Both the position numbers and the translations under genes were made by a program. 64,000 nt of DNA from an uncultured Desulfatitalea sp. (GTDB lineage: Bacteria > Desulfobacterota > Desulfobacteria > Desulfobacterales > Desulfosarcinaceae): assembly GCA_963668675.2 (NCBI GenBank), contig CAXXMB010000002.1:320001-384000 (forward strand), written 5' to 3'. The notes under the pieces are model-generated. The model did not search any database. It saw only the letters and a list, made by a program, of their open reading frames with translations, and had not been told where the DNA came from. This document shows positions 41,505-52,296 of this stretch, in pieces; within the stretch, counting starts at the first letter, position 1, and each line of letters begins with the position of its first letter.

Positions 41505-41703
41505 AGCCCTGCCCCCTGGCCGAGGGTTGCAGATGCCGGCCGAAAGGCTTGAATCGGTTGTCATTGGTATTGACCTGATCGCCATTTTTGAATATCCAGA
41601 TTGGCTGCACCAGAGAAAAGCGTTTCAAAAGGCAGCGTGAACGCATCCGACCGAAACGGTGACCATTGCAATCAAAACCATGACCAATGAATGGTGGTAA
41701 AGA

Positions 41704-42927
41704 ATGATTCGAATCAACGAGAACTTTTTAAAGCTTGAAGCCAGCTATCTTTTTGCCAACATCGCCAAGCGGGTCGATGGATTCCAGGCCCAGCACCCCG
41801 AGAAAAAGATCATTCGAATGGGCATCGGCGATGTGACCCGGGCACTGCCGGGAGCATGCATACAGGCCATGCATACAGCCGTCGACGAGATGGCCCGGGA
41901 GAGCAGCTTCAGGGGTTACGGACCCGAGCAAGGATACGGCTTTTTGCGCGACACCATCGCGCTGAACGATTTTCAGAAGCGCGGTGCTGCCATTGAAGCG
42001 GATGAAATTTTCATCAGCGACGGTGCCAAATGCGATACCGGCAACATGCAGGAGCTATTTGCCACCGACATCCGGGTGGCCGTCCCCGACCCCGTCTACC
42101 CGGTCTATGTAGACACCAACGTCATGGCCGGTCGCACCCGGAACTTCAAAAACAGCCAATATGAAGGGCTGGTATATCTGCCCTGTGACGAGGAGAACCA
42201 CTTCATCCCGCGATTACCGGAGGAGGGGGTGGATCTGATCTATCTCTGTTTCCCGAACAACCCTACCGGGGCAACAATCGGCAAAGATCAACTGAAGGAG
42301 TGGGTTGACTACGCCCGCGCCAACAAGGCCCTGATTTTATACGATGCAGCCTATGAAGCCTTTATTCAGGAAGATGACCTGCCCCACTCTATCTACGAAA
42401 TCGAGGGCGCCCGCGAGGTGGCCATCGAATTTCGCAGCTTCTCCAAAACGGCCGGTTTTACAGGCACCCGGTGCGCTTTTTCCGTCGTCCCGAAGACATG
42501 CATGGCCTACACGACCGACGGACGGGAGATCCAGGTACACGGACTGTGGAACAGACGCCACTCCACTAAATTCAACGGCGTCTCCTATCCGGTGCAACGT
42601 GCGGCCGAGGCAGTCTATTCAACCGAAGGCCAACTCCAGGTCAAGGAGTTGATCGGTTACTATATGAAAAACGCCGCGTACATCCGTGAGGCGTTCCGAT
42701 CACTGGGCTTCGATTGCGTTGGCGGAGAGAACTCCCCATACGTGTGGATAAATGGCCGTCAGGACTCCTGGGGCTTTTTCGACTTGCTGCTCGATCGAGC
42801 GGGTGTGGTCTGCACACCCGGGGCGGGATTCGGCAAGTGCGGCCAGGGCTATATCCGTCTCAGCGCATTCAACAGCTTCGAAAATGTCCAGGAAGCCATG
42901 AGCCGCGTCACTGACGCATTGAGTTAA
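41704..42927 (+). CDS. dapL: LL-diaminopimelate aminotransferase
   Basis: [43 protein letters not shown]; next to lysA. Confidence 0.96.
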   Translation: MIRINENFLKLEASYLFANIAKRVDGFQAQHPEKKIIRMGIGDVTRALPGACIQAMHTAVDEMARESSFRGYGPEQGYGFLRDTIALNDFQKRGAAIEADEIFISDGAKCDTGNMQELFATDIRVAVPDPVYPVYVDTNVMAGRTRNFKNSQYEGLVYLPCDEENHFIPRLPEEGVDLIYLCFPNNPTGATIGKDQLKEWVDYARANKALILYDAAYEAFIQEDDLPHSIYEIEGAREVAIEFRSFSKTAGFTGTRCAFSVVPKTCMAYTTDGREIQVHGLWNRRHSTKFNGVSYPVQRAAEAVYSTEGQLQVKELIGYYMKNAAYIREAFRSLGFDCVGGENSPYVWINGRQDSWGFFDLLLDRAGVVCTPGAGFGKCGQGYIRLSAFNSFENVQEAMSRVTDALS

Positions 42928-42940
42928 GGAGCACAACGGG

Positions 42941-44212
42941 ATGCCCATCAGTTCATCTTTTCGCGACCGACTTTACCCTGTTCTGCCTGAAATTGAAGCT
43001 CACTTCGGCACCCCATTTCACATCTACGATGAAGCGGGCATACGAGAAACGGGCGAACGACTCAAGCAGGCCTTTGGCCCTTTGACGGGTTTCCGGGAAT
43101 ATTTTGCCGTCAAAGCGCTCCCCAATCCTCACATACTTGATGTCATGAAGGATATGGGATTTGGATTCGACTGCAGCTCCATCCCCGAACTGACCCTGGC
43201 ACGCCGGGCCGGCAGCAGGGGAGACGATCTGATGCTCACCAGCAACAACACCAACCAAGCCGAGTTCAACGCTGCGCGGAAAGATGGCGGCTGCATCCTC
43301 AACCTCGACGACATCTCGCTGGTGGCCAAGGTACCCCATATGCCCGAAACCATCTGTTTCCGATACAATCCAGGCCCACGCCGCAGCGGAAACAGCATTA
43401 TCGGCAACCCGGTGGAGGCCAAGTATGGTGTGGCCCACCATCAGCTGCTCGACGCCTACCGGCAGGCGATGTCGCGAGGTGCCAAACGGTTCGGACTGCA
43501 CACCATGCTGGCGTCGAACGAACTCAACCACAGCTACATGGTCCATACGGCCCAAATGCTTTTGGATGTTGCGCGCTGGGTCGCCTCCGAACTGGGTATT
43601 CGATTCGACTTCATAAATATGGGAGGGGGCCTGGGAATTCCTTACCGCCCCGAAGACCATCCGTTCGATCTGGATGCCATGGCCGCTGAAACCATTGCCC
43701 TTCTATACGATTTTGAGAAGAGCGAAGGATACACCCCGAAACTCTACATGGAGAGCGGACGCTATATGACCGGTCCCCATGGCGTTTTGGTTGTCAAAGC
43801 GATCAATCGCAAGGAGATCTACCGCACCTATATTGGCGTGGACACAACGATGTCCGCCCTGATGCGTCCGGCCATTTACGGTGCCTACCACCATATCGAA
43901 GTGGCAGGCAAAGAGGATACCACCGAGTCCCAAACGGTCGATGTGGTCGGCTCGCTGTGCGAAAACAACGACAAGTTTGCCATCCAGCGCACATTGCCCC
44001 TCATCGAGGAGGGGGATCTGCTGGTGATCCAGGACACGGGTGCTCATGGCCATGCCATGGGATTCAACTACAACGGCAAGCTTCGCCCCAAAGAGCTGCT
44101 CATGACCAGCAACGGAGATATCAGACTAATCCGTCGCGCCGAGACGGAGGAGGACTATTTTGCGACCCTGCAGTTCGCCCCCGAGTGCTATACTCCGGGA
44201 AAACAGTCGTAA
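42941..44212 (+). CDS. lysA: Diaminopimelate decarboxylase
   Basis: FAVKALPN, GFDCSS, NMGGGLG, ESGRY, GSLCENND, MGFNYNG. Confidence 0.93.
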   Translation: MPISSSFRDRLYPVLPEIEAHFGTPFHIYDEAGIRETGERLKQAFGPLTGFREYFAVKALPNPHILDVMKDMGFGFDCSSIPELTLARRAGSRGDDLMLTSNNTNQAEFNAARKDGGCILNLDDISLVAKVPHMPETICFRYNPGPRRSGNSIIGNPVEAKYGVAHHQLLDAYRQAMSRGAKRFGLHTMLASNELNHSYMVHTAQMLLDVARWVASELGIRFDFINMGGGLGIPYRPEDHPFDLDAMAAETIALLYDFEKSEGYTPKLYMESGRYMTGPHGVLVVKAINRKEIYRTYIGVDTTMSALMRPAIYGAYHHIEVAGKEDTTESQTVDVVGSLCENNDKFAIQRTLPLIEEGDLLVIQDTGAHGHAMGFNYNGKLRPKELLMTSNGDIRLIRRAETEEDYFATLQFAPECYTPGKQS

Positions 44213-44583
44213 CTTACCACAACGGCTCCGTCACCGCGGCACCTCCGATCCACCACCGATATACCTTACTACAGAGTTGACGTACGGCTGAAAAAGGATT
44301 AGGTTGAACTAACTCTCGCAAAAAGATGGACATGCAAGGGCAGTAGAATGAGATGGGAATGAAAAGCGGGAACTGCTGCACTAAAGTAACCCCTGGTAGC
44401 GACCGATAGAGATAACATACAACAATACCGCACCGATGCCTATTACCCTTCTTTGTTTCTATAAACGCGTCGTGCCAACATTCTTTGATCGACTGACAAG
44501 GTAAGAAACAGGCATTCATAAGGGAGTCGTCTCACACTTTGTGGTCTCGGTGACCACTCGGTCAGTTTTAAGGAGATATAGCA

Positions 44584-45243
44584 ATGGATGATTTTTTGCA
44601 TAACCTGCGCAGTGGAAAACTAAAGCAGGGAGACCGTTCCAACCGATCCTATGGAGATCAGCAATACAAAGGCGGCCCCCGGCGCAATACAATGGACCGG
44701 CGTAAAGGCCACTACGATAACAAAGAGTCATTCGAACGGTTGAATGCAATCAAGGAGGTTATCGAAGCCCTTGCCGATACCCAAAAGCGCATGGCAGAGG
44801 CTTACCAGGCGCGAACCCTGGCTGAAGAGCGCAAAGCCAAAGCAATGGAGATATTGGCAAAAAGCATATACCGGATAGCCAACCCCAACGCCAGCGCCAA
44901 CGAGGCGGATGAGCTGTTTGCGACAGAAACGCCTCGGGCCCCGGTGAAAGAGATTGAAGAACCGCTTGAAACTGCTCGGCTGAGCGAACATGCCGAAAAG
45001 GAGAGCTTTGAGGAGGAGATACCGGACAGGTCCGTTCAGGCAAGTGCCGACGAGCCCCAAGGGAAACTCTCCAGTTCCCACCGCAGAAAGCTGAGCGATT
45101 TGATTCACAAGATGCGCACCGAAGGCCACAGCTGGGAGAATATCGCCCGCCAAATCTCGTCAAACGGCTATCCGACCGTTTCGGGAAAGGGAAAGTGGCG
45201 GGGTGCGATGGTCAAGAATATGTATGAAAAGATGGAAGGATGA
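44584..45243 (+). CDS. Hypothetical protein: coiled coil plus C-terminal recombinase-type HTH-like domain
   Basis: AAGGAG RBS; SWENIARQISSNGYPTVSGKGKW....VKNMY. Confidence 0.75.
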   Translation: MDDFLHNLRSGKLKQGDRSNRSYGDQQYKGGPRRNTMDRRKGHYDNKESFERLNAIKEVIEALADTQKRMAEAYQARTLAEERKAKAMEILAKSIYRIANPNASANEADELFATETPRAPVKEIEEPLETARLSEHAEKESFEEEIPDRSVQASADEPQGKLSSSHRRKLSDLIHKMRTEGHSWENIARQISSNGYPTVSGKGKWRGAMVKNMYEKMEG

Positions 45244-45346
45244 TCGGCAAAACAGAGTAACACCTATTACATGGCCGGCATGGCCGCCCCCATCGGCATC
45301 ACATCATAACCCGATATGGTGACATGTGAGAGGGAGTGCCGGGCAT

Positions 45347-46306
45347 CTACCCGCCTGAACGAGCGCTTTGGCGATACCATTCAAACGTTTGACGCAATCC
45401 CTCTTCGAGTGAAAAGGCCGGTTGAAAATCCAACTGCTCTTTGGCCCGCTGAATGCTGGCGAGGGAGTGGATAATATCCCCGGGGCGGGCCTCCTCGTGT
45501 TGGGACGATAGTTCGCAGCCGGCCAGACCCGCTATCGAATGCCACAGCGTATTGATCTCCACCGACTGGCTCGTGCCGACATTGTAGATTTTTCCCGAGG
45601 CCGCCTCATGCCCCGCAGCCAGCAGGTTGGCCTTCACCACATCCTCGACAAACACGAAATCCCGAGTCTGGTGCCCATCGCCGTAAATGGTGGGTTGTTG
45701 GTTTTCAAGCGCTTTGAGCATAAAGATGGAGATGACCCCCGAATAGGGTGAAGAGGGGTCCTGGCGCGGACCGTAAACGTTGAAATAGCGCAGGCAAACG
45801 GTCTCGAGGCCATACATCCGATGGTACAGCTCTGCGTAATATTCGTTGGTCAGCTTCTGAATCGCATAGGGGCTCAGAGGCGATGGGGTCATCGACTCTG
45901 TTTTGGGCAGCTGGGGCACATCACCGTATACAGCACTTGAACTGGCCGCCACCACCCGCCGTATGCCATTTTGCCGGGCCGCTTCAAACACCTTGATGGT
46001 GCCCAAATCGTTTACGCCGGCAGAGGTGACCGGTTGATGGATGGTTTGGGTAACAGAGACCACGGCGGCTTCATGAAAAACGATATCGCAGCCCTTGATT
46101 GCGGAGGCAAGCAATGCCTCGTCTTCGATCCCCCCCTCCACGAAAGTGATCTTCTTCCGGATGGAATCGAGATTCGACAGATGGCCGCTGGCCAGATTGT
46201 CGAGCACGGTCACATCACACCCCTGCTCTACCAGGGCCTCGGATATGTGTGAACCAATAAAACCGGCCCCGCCGGTCACCAGTGCTTTATGCAATCGAAT
46301 CGCCAT
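45347..46306 (-). CDS. NAD-dependent nucleotide-sugar epimerase/dehydratase (extended SDR)
   Basis: TGGAGFIGSH, ASSSAVYG, YAIQK, LRYFNVYGPRQDP. Confidence 0.93.
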   Translation of the reverse strand: MAIRLHKALVTGGAGFIGSHISEALVEQGCDVTVLDNLASGHLSNLDSIRKKITFVEGGIEDEALLASAIKGCDIVFHEAAVVSVTQTIHQPVTSAGVNDLGTIKVFEAARQNGIRRVVAASSSAVYGDVPQLPKTESMTPSPLSPYAIQKLTNEYYAELYHRMYGLETVCLRYFNVYGPRQDPSSPYSGVISIFMLKALENQQPTIYGDGHQTRDFVFVEDVVKANLLAAGHEAASGKIYNVGTSQSVEINTLWHSIAGLAGCELSSQHEEARPGDIIHSLASIQRAKEQLDFQPAFSLEEGLRQTFEWYRQSARSGG

Positions 46307-46551
46307 CAACAACTCCTCGGATTGGATCTATCATCAGTGATATTCGGGCCGGGCGGCATCTGTCCGCTGGGGCGCTGCTGACAGATGCCGCCCTGTATAG
46401 ATCGGGATTTGGAGTAAAAAGCGCCTCATCAATCAAGCAACAGAGGAAGTTGACGTCAGCCCAATCTCTTGTCTTTGCCAACATTCGATAGTATGGCTAA
46501 GGCGAGCCGTCAATCTTTTTTAATACCACTAAAGTCGGGGGCTGATGTGCC

Positions 46552-46767
46552 ATGGCGCAACGAAAACGGATCGATTGCCGCAAATGCCGCCACTACTTTG
46601 TCACCTGGCAGGAATCGGCACCGCATGGATGCAAAGCCATCGGCTTCAAAAGTGCCCAACTGCCCAGTGCGGTCGTACACAGGATGTCCGGCGCCCCTTG
46701 TCTCTACTTTGAAGCCAAACCCATGAACGGACACCTGCCCGCCGGAAAGAGAAAGACCAATGGCTGA
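46552..46767 (+). CDS. Small Cys-rich (Zn/Fe-S-binding) protein
   Basis: IDCRKCRHYFVTW...HGCKAIGFKS..LPS.VV...SG.PC.YF conserved-looking pattern. Confidence 0.7.
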   Translation: MAQRKRIDCRKCRHYFVTWQESAPHGCKAIGFKSAQLPSAVVHRMSGAPCLYFEAKPMNGHLPAGKRKTNG

Positions 46768-46880
46768 TGGACGGCTGCCTATCCATACCGGTCAGACCTT
46801 GGGGAGTCGAGAGGGCTTGACTTTTGATCGATCCTCTATAGTTTTAGCCATTGACCCAATGACGAGCAAGGATAGTGCTT

Positions 46881-47123
46881 ATGGAAAGCGATCCGGTAAC
46901 CATAGACCTGAGGCTCTTTGCCTCCCTGGCGCCGCTGATGCCCCCCGATGCGACCCGTTTCCCCATATTGGCGGGAATCACCATCAGGCAGCTCATCGAG
47001 CAGTTTCAAATTCCCCTGGCCGAAGCCAAGCTCGTCTTCATAAACGGGGTACGCAAGGAACTGGACACACCGTTGACCGGAGGAGAACGGGTAGGAATCT
47101 TCCCTCCTGTGGGCGGCGGATAG
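46881..47123 (+). CDS. MoaD/ThiS family ubiquitin-like sulfur carrier
   Basis: LRLFASL, VFING, RVGIFPPVGGG C-terminal di-glycine. Confidence 0.9.
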   Translation: MESDPVTIDLRLFASLAPLMPPDATRFPILAGITIRQLIEQFQIPLAEAKLVFINGVRKELDTPLTGGERVGIFPPVGGG

Positions 47124-47257
47124 CGATCCTGTCCCATCTGCCAATGTCATCTGCAAATTTAATCTGATGGAATAGCACGATCAAACGTCGAAAGGCGGAA
47201 ACCATCGAAAACAGCACCCCATCCATAGTCGACCTCATTCGGGAAAAGAGCCAAGGC

Positions 47258-48079
47258 GTGAAGGGTGCCGACGGATCGGAGCTGCGCTCCATTTCAGTGG
47301 CCGAAACCCGTGCATTGTCTGAACGCTGCAATCTCTCCTGCCGGGAGATAGAAATAGAGGCCCTCAGAAACGGTATCATCCCGTTGCGTTACCTGCGCAA
47401 CCGTGCCACCTACAGCACGGAAGACCAGATCCGCTTCCTTGAATCGCGGGTAGCCATAGTGGGGTTGGGCGGTTTGGGCGGAACGGTTGTGGAGATATTG
47501 GCAAGGGCCGGCATTGGCCGGCTCACGTTGATCGATGGAGACCGTTTCGAAGATCACAATCTGAATCGCCAATTGACCAGCACCGAGAACAATCTGGGTA
47601 CTTCCAAAGCGACCGCTGCCAAAGAGCGCGTGGCCGCCGTCAATAGGGCGGTTAACACCACTGCCCACGACACATTTCTCACCAACGACAACGCCGCCCG
47701 AATGATCACCGGCTGCGATGTGATCGTCGATTGTCTGGACAATATCAGCTCGCGCTTTGTCGTCGAAGATGCCGCCAGGCAGGCCGGACTTCCGTTTGTC
47801 TCCGCTGCCGTTGCAGGATTAGCGGGCCATGTCACCGTGATCTATCCCCAGGACCGTGGCCTGGAACTGGTTTACGGACCACGAAAGGAGGCCCGGGAGG
47901 CCATAGGGGCTGAAATCGTGCTGGGGTGTCCGCCCCAAACGGTATCGCTGGTGGCGGCCAAGCAGTGTGCCGAACTGCTCAACCTCCTCGCCAAGAGGAC
48001 GGGGCAACTGCTGCGCAACAAACTTTGGGTCGTCGATCTCTCCGACCACACAGCAGAAGTGCTCTCACTTACAGGATAG
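47258..48079 (+). CDS. ThiF/MoeB/HesA family E1-like adenylyltransferase
   Basis: VGLGGLGG, IDGDRFEDHNLNRQ, DCLDN; start uncertain (frame open upstream to 47168). Confidence 0.9.
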   Translation: MKGADGSELRSISVAETRALSERCNLSCREIEIEALRNGIIPLRYLRNRATYSTEDQIRFLESRVAIVGLGGLGGTVVEILARAGIGRLTLIDGDRFEDHNLNRQLTSTENNLGTSKATAAKERVAAVNRAVNTTAHDTFLTNDNAARMITGCDVIVDCLDNISSRFVVEDAARQAGLPFVSAAVAGLAGHVTVIYPQDRGLELVYGPRKEAREAIGAEIVLGCPPQTVSLVAAKQCAELLNLLAKRTGQLLRNKLWVVDLSDHTAEVLSLTG

Positions 48080-48175
48080 AAGCCGGAAGCGCCCCGCGAT
48101 CCGATCGGACGGGCAGACGGCCTCTCATGATCAACCGCCGATAATGAACCCTGACCTTGCAGGGGCTGGAGAGTT

Positions 48176-50107
48176 TCAGAGGCACCTCCCGATCTCCTCA
48201 CCTTCGCTCATGGCGTACATCAAGTGGCGTGGCGCTTTGGCGTCACCTATGAAATGGATCGGGATATCCCGGCTCTTGAGCAGTTTGGCAGCATCGCGCA
48301 GGGGGACGAAACGGTCGGCCAAAACAATCGTATCGCATGGCCCGATCACTCGGGAGCGTTGATCGATGCGACACTGCACACCGTCATCCAAAATCTTTTC
48401 CAGGACGACGCCTTTGAACAGCGCCACCCGCCCCCGATTCAGCCTCTCGCGAAGGTAGTAGCGGTCGTTGCTCGACATCTCTTCGCCGAAATGGGATCTG
48501 GGATGCAGCACCGTCACGCGTCTGCCGTTATCGGCAAGATAGTCTGCCAGTGCAAGGCCGGCCTGGTTGCCGCCCCAGACAACGACCTGGCCGCCGGGCT
48601 CGCTCTCACCGGACAACACCTCGGTCACGGTCAATACCTGCATGGGCGTATCGTACACCCCTTTGACGAGCGGTATCTCAGGCAGGCTGCCAGTGGCCAT
48701 GATGACCACATGCGGGGCGACCTCATCTATCAAGGTATCGCTCAGTGGCGTGTTGAGCCGCATCTCCACATCCAGCGCTTTGAGCTCTTTCACCAAAAAC
48801 GTCAGCGGGTCTGCGAGCTCTCCCCTGCCAGGTGCTTTGGCGGCGAACCTCAGCGCTCCTCCGGCCTCAGAGGCCTGTTCGCACAACACCACCGTGTGGC
48901 CATGCAGTGCCGCCATGCGTGCCGCAGCCAAACCGGCCGGGCCGCCTCCCACCACCAGTAACCGTTGGGGATGTTCGGTTTTGAGCACCTCCTGCAGCAG
49001 ATATTCGCGCCCCACATCGGGATTGACCACACACCCGCCCGGCTCCAACTGCAGTACGGTGTGGATGCATCCCAGGCAGCAGCCGATGCAGGGCCTTATG
49101 CTTTCGGTCTCGCCGGCCTGGGCCTTGGCCGGCCACTCGGGGTCGGCCAGCAGGGAGCGCCCCAGGGCAACCATATCGGCGCTCCGGTCGGCGATAATCT
49201 GGTCGGCAAGCTGGGGAGATTTGACGCGTCCCACGGCGATGACCGGTATGGTGACCTCCGTCTTTACAGCGGCCGCCAGATCGACAAAGCAGCCTTGCGC
49301 CACATACATTGACGGAATGGTCAGCTGCCGGCTGCCGTAAACACCGGCGGAGACATGCAGGTAGGCGGCGCCCTGCCTCTCCAGCAACGGCGCCAGTCGC
49401 CGGGCGTCCGGCAGGGTCCAGCCGTCATCGATATAATCTTCCCCGTTGATCCGCACCCCCACGGGGAAATCATCACCGCACTTGGTCCGGATATCGGCCA
49501 TCACCTCCATCAGAAAGCGTATTCGATTCTCATAGGAACCGCCATAGCCGTCGGTGCGCCGGTTGGCGTTGGGAGACATGAACTGATTGATCAGATAGCC
49601 GTGGGCGGCATGGATCTCGATAAAGTCGAATCCGGCGCGACGGCATCTCAGGGCGGCATCGCCGAAAGCCCCCACCAGCATCCGGATCTCCTCCTCGTCC
49701 AGTGCCTTGGGTATCCCCTTGACCACCGCCGGTGCGGGAATGGCCGAAGGCGCCAGCTTGTGATCATGGTAAGACTGTCGGCCACCGTGCATCAACTGCA
49801 TCCCCAGGCGACAGTCGAAGGGGCGCACCGCCGCAGCCATACGCTGTAACGCCGGGATGCACTTGTCGTCCCACAAGGCAGGCAGGTCCGGCAACTCCGC
49901 CCCGGTGGGATGGATGCCGCCACCGCCCACCAGCATCATGCCCACGCCGCCGCGGGCCCGGGCCACCATGTATTGGATCAGCTGGTCCGTCACATATCCG
50001 TCGGCGTCGACGCCGAAATTGATGCTCATGGCAGACATAAGCAAACGGTTCTTGATCGTCATGGGGCCAATTCGAAACGGCTGGAACAGGTGGCTGAAAT
50101 GGGTCAT
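48176..50107 (-). CDS. NADH:flavin oxidoreductase (old-yellow-enzyme barrel + 4Fe-4S + FAD domain; dienoyl-CoA/enoate reductase-like)
   Basis: QLMHGGR, EIHAAHGYL, NRRTDGYGGS.ENR, CIGCCLGC...CVVNP, VVGGGPAG. Confidence 0.92.
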   Translation of the reverse strand: MTHFSHLFQPFRIGPMTIKNRLLMSAMSINFGVDADGYVTDQLIQYMVARARGGVGMMLVGGGGIHPTGAELPDLPALWDDKCIPALQRMAAAVRPFDCRLGMQLMHGGRQSYHDHKLAPSAIPAPAVVKGIPKALDEEEIRMLVGAFGDAALRCRRAGFDFIEIHAAHGYLINQFMSPNANRRTDGYGGSYENRIRFLMEVMADIRTKCGDDFPVGVRINGEDYIDDGWTLPDARRLAPLLERQGAAYLHVSAGVYGSRQLTIPSMYVAQGCFVDLAAAVKTEVTIPVIAVGRVKSPQLADQIIADRSADMVALGRSLLADPEWPAKAQAGETESIRPCIGCCLGCIHTVLQLEPGGCVVNPDVGREYLLQEVLKTEHPQRLLVVGGGPAGLAAARMAALHGHTVVLCEQASEAGGALRFAAKAPGRGELADPLTFLVKELKALDVEMRLNTPLSDTLIDEVAPHVVIMATGSLPEIPLVKGVYDTPMQVLTVTEVLSGESEPGGQVVVWGGNQAGLALADYLADNGRRVTVLHPRSHFGEEMSSNDRYYLRERLNRGRVALFKGVVLEKILDDGVQCRIDQRSRVIGPCDTIVLADRFVPLRDAAKLLKSRDIPIHFIGDAKAPRHLMYAMSEGEEIGRCL

Positions 50108-50383
50108 GCGGCTCTCCTCCGATGGTCATCTGCCAGTTGACAAAACCTGGATGGGAACAGAATCTGTCAAACCTATTTTATCACCTTCCAAAAAGCAATG
50201 TGTAGCTGTAGTCACCACCCGGTGCAGGCCTGTCCATATGACCTTTGGTTCAGTCAAGAAGCTGGACAAAAAGTGCAAAGCATGCCATGTTTTCACACGC
50301 ACCAGCTGCCCATGGCCCCTGGTGCGTCCGTTGTGTTGACGGACCGATTCAACGGCACAAGACCACCATGCGAAGGGAAGAAC

Positions 50384-52237
50384 ATGCATAAACTACTTGT
50401 CGACAATCCCGGCAGCCAATTGCTGATGCTGGGGAACGAAGCCATTGCCAGGGGCGCACTTGAGGCCGGGGTCGCCTTTGCCAGCACCTATCCGGGTACG
50501 CCATCCTCGGAGATATCGCTGAACCTGTTCCAGGTCTCCAAAGAGAGCGATCTCTATTTCGAATACAGCACCAATGAGAAGGTGGCCCTCGAAGTGGCCG
50601 CAGGCGCCGCCAATGCAGGTTTGCGAACCATGTGCATGATGAAGCACGTGGGCTTGAACGTGGCGGCCGATCCGCTCATGACACTGGCCTATGTGGGCGT
50701 GCGCGGGGGGCTGGTGATACTCTCGGCCGATGACCCCAACATGTTCTCCAGCCAGAACGAACAGGACAACCGATACTACGCCAAGATGTCCGGCCTGCCC
50801 ATGCTCGAGCCCTCGTCGGTGCAGGAGGCGCTGGAGATGACCGCCTACGCCTTCGAACTCTCCGAGCAACTCAATGAGCCGGTAATCCTGCGCACCACAA
50901 CGCGCATCAACCACTCGAGCGCTTTCGTACAGATCGGGGCGTTGAAAAAGCCCGACACCAAGGGCCACTTTACCAAAGACCCGCTCAACTACGTCACCGT
51001 CCCGGCCGTATCGCGTCGGCTCCACGTCAAACTGCTGGAGAACATGGCCAGGGCCGCCCAAATCTCGGACCGGAGCGGATACAATACGATCACCGGCAGT
51101 GGCACCCTCGGCATCGTCTGCAACGGCGTCAGCTTCAACTATGTCAACGACGCCTTAAAGGAACTGGGAATCGCCGACCGGGTGAAGGTGCTGCGCATCG
51201 GCATGTCCAACCCCATGCCGGCTGAGATGGTCAAAGGGTTTTTGAACGGATGCGAACGGCTCCTCGTGGCCGAAGAGGGAGAGCCGTTCATGGAGGAGGC
51301 GGTCAAAGCGCTGGCCCAGGAGGCCGGCCTTACCATGCCAATCCAAGGCAAATCGGAGAAGCTCTTTTCACGGCTCTACGAATTTGACCCGGCAATGGTG
51401 AGACGCACGATTGCGGCCTACTTCGACGTGGCTGATGCGCCGAAAGAGAAAATCGATCTCTCCGATGTACCTGACATTCCCGCCCGGCCGCCCAATTTGT
51501 GCGCCGGTTGCTCTCACCGCGCCACCTACTATGCAGTCAAAAAGGCGGCTGAAGGCATGGACACGATCTATCCAACCGACATCGGTTGCTACACGCTGGG
51601 CTTTTTGCCGCCTCTGGGCATGGGGGATTTTCTCATCTGCATGGGGTCGTCGATCAGCTCGGCCTGCGGATTCTCCAAGGCCACGGATCAAAAGGTGGTC
51701 GCATTTATCGGCGATTCGACCTTCTTCCATTCGGGTATCACCGGACTGGTCAATGCAATCCATAACAATCACAACTTCACCCTGGTGATTCTGGACAACG
51801 GCACAACGGCCATGACCGGCCATCAGCCCCATCCGGGGGTGGATATGGATGCCTTGAAAATGGACGACTACAATCGCATCTCCATAGAAGCAGTGGTTCG
51901 GGCGATCGGTGTCTCCCACGTCACCTTGGTCCAACCGTTTAAGGTCAAAAAGAGCATCGAAGCCATTCGAGAGGCACTGGCGTTCAAGGGCGTTTCGGTC
52001 ATCATCTCCCAAGAGATTTGCACCCTCTATGCCCGCAGCCTGGGGACCCTCAAGCAACGTGCCTTCCAGGTGTCGGACCGCTGCACCAACCATCGTGATT
52101 GTCTGAATGAGCTGGCATGTCCCGCGTTCTACCTGGAGGGCGAAAGGGTCCGCATCGATGCCGATGCCTGTGTCGGTTGCGCCGTCTGCGCTCAGATCTG
52201 CCCGGAGAACGCCATTGTGCCGGTCAAACCGGCCTGA
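50384..52237 (+). CDS. iorA: Indolepyruvate:ferredoxin oxidoreductase alpha subunit
   Basis: LGNEAIARGA, YPGTPSSEI, NEKVALE, MKHVGLNVA, SSQNEQD, RPPNLCAGC, GDSTFFHSG, C-terminal ferredoxin. Confidence 0.95.
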   Translation: MHKLLVDNPGSQLLMLGNEAIARGALEAGVAFASTYPGTPSSEISLNLFQVSKESDLYFEYSTNEKVALEVAAGAANAGLRTMCMMKHVGLNVAADPLMTLAYVGVRGGLVILSADDPNMFSSQNEQDNRYYAKMSGLPMLEPSSVQEALEMTAYAFELSEQLNEPVILRTTTRINHSSAFVQIGALKKPDTKGHFTKDPLNYVTVPAVSRRLHVKLLENMARAAQISDRSGYNTITGSGTLGIVCNGVSFNYVNDALKELGIADRVKVLRIGMSNPMPAEMVKGFLNGCERLLVAEEGEPFMEEAVKALAQEAGLTMPIQGKSEKLFSRLYEFDPAMVRRTIAAYFDVADAPKEKIDLSDVPDIPARPPNLCAGCSHRATYYAVKKAAEGMDTIYPTDIGCYTLGFLPPLGMGDFLICMGSSISSACGFSKATDQKVVAFIGDSTFFHSGITGLVNAIHNNHNFTLVILDNGTTAMTGHQPHPGVDMDALKMDDYNRISIEAVVRAIGVSHVTLVQPFKVKKSIEAIREALAFKGVSVIISQEICTLYARSLGTLKQRAFQVSDRCTNHRDCLNELACPAFYLEGERVRIDADACVGCAVCAQICPENAIVPVKPA

Positions 52238-52296
52238 GCCGAAAAATTGGATTTAGATAAAGATCGCATCGCTTGAGAAGAGAAAAAGGGAAACGG

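Noticed and set aside
44213..44583. Possible ncRNA in the lysA downstream spacer
   Set aside because: Only weak, interrupted pairing and no family signature that I can support
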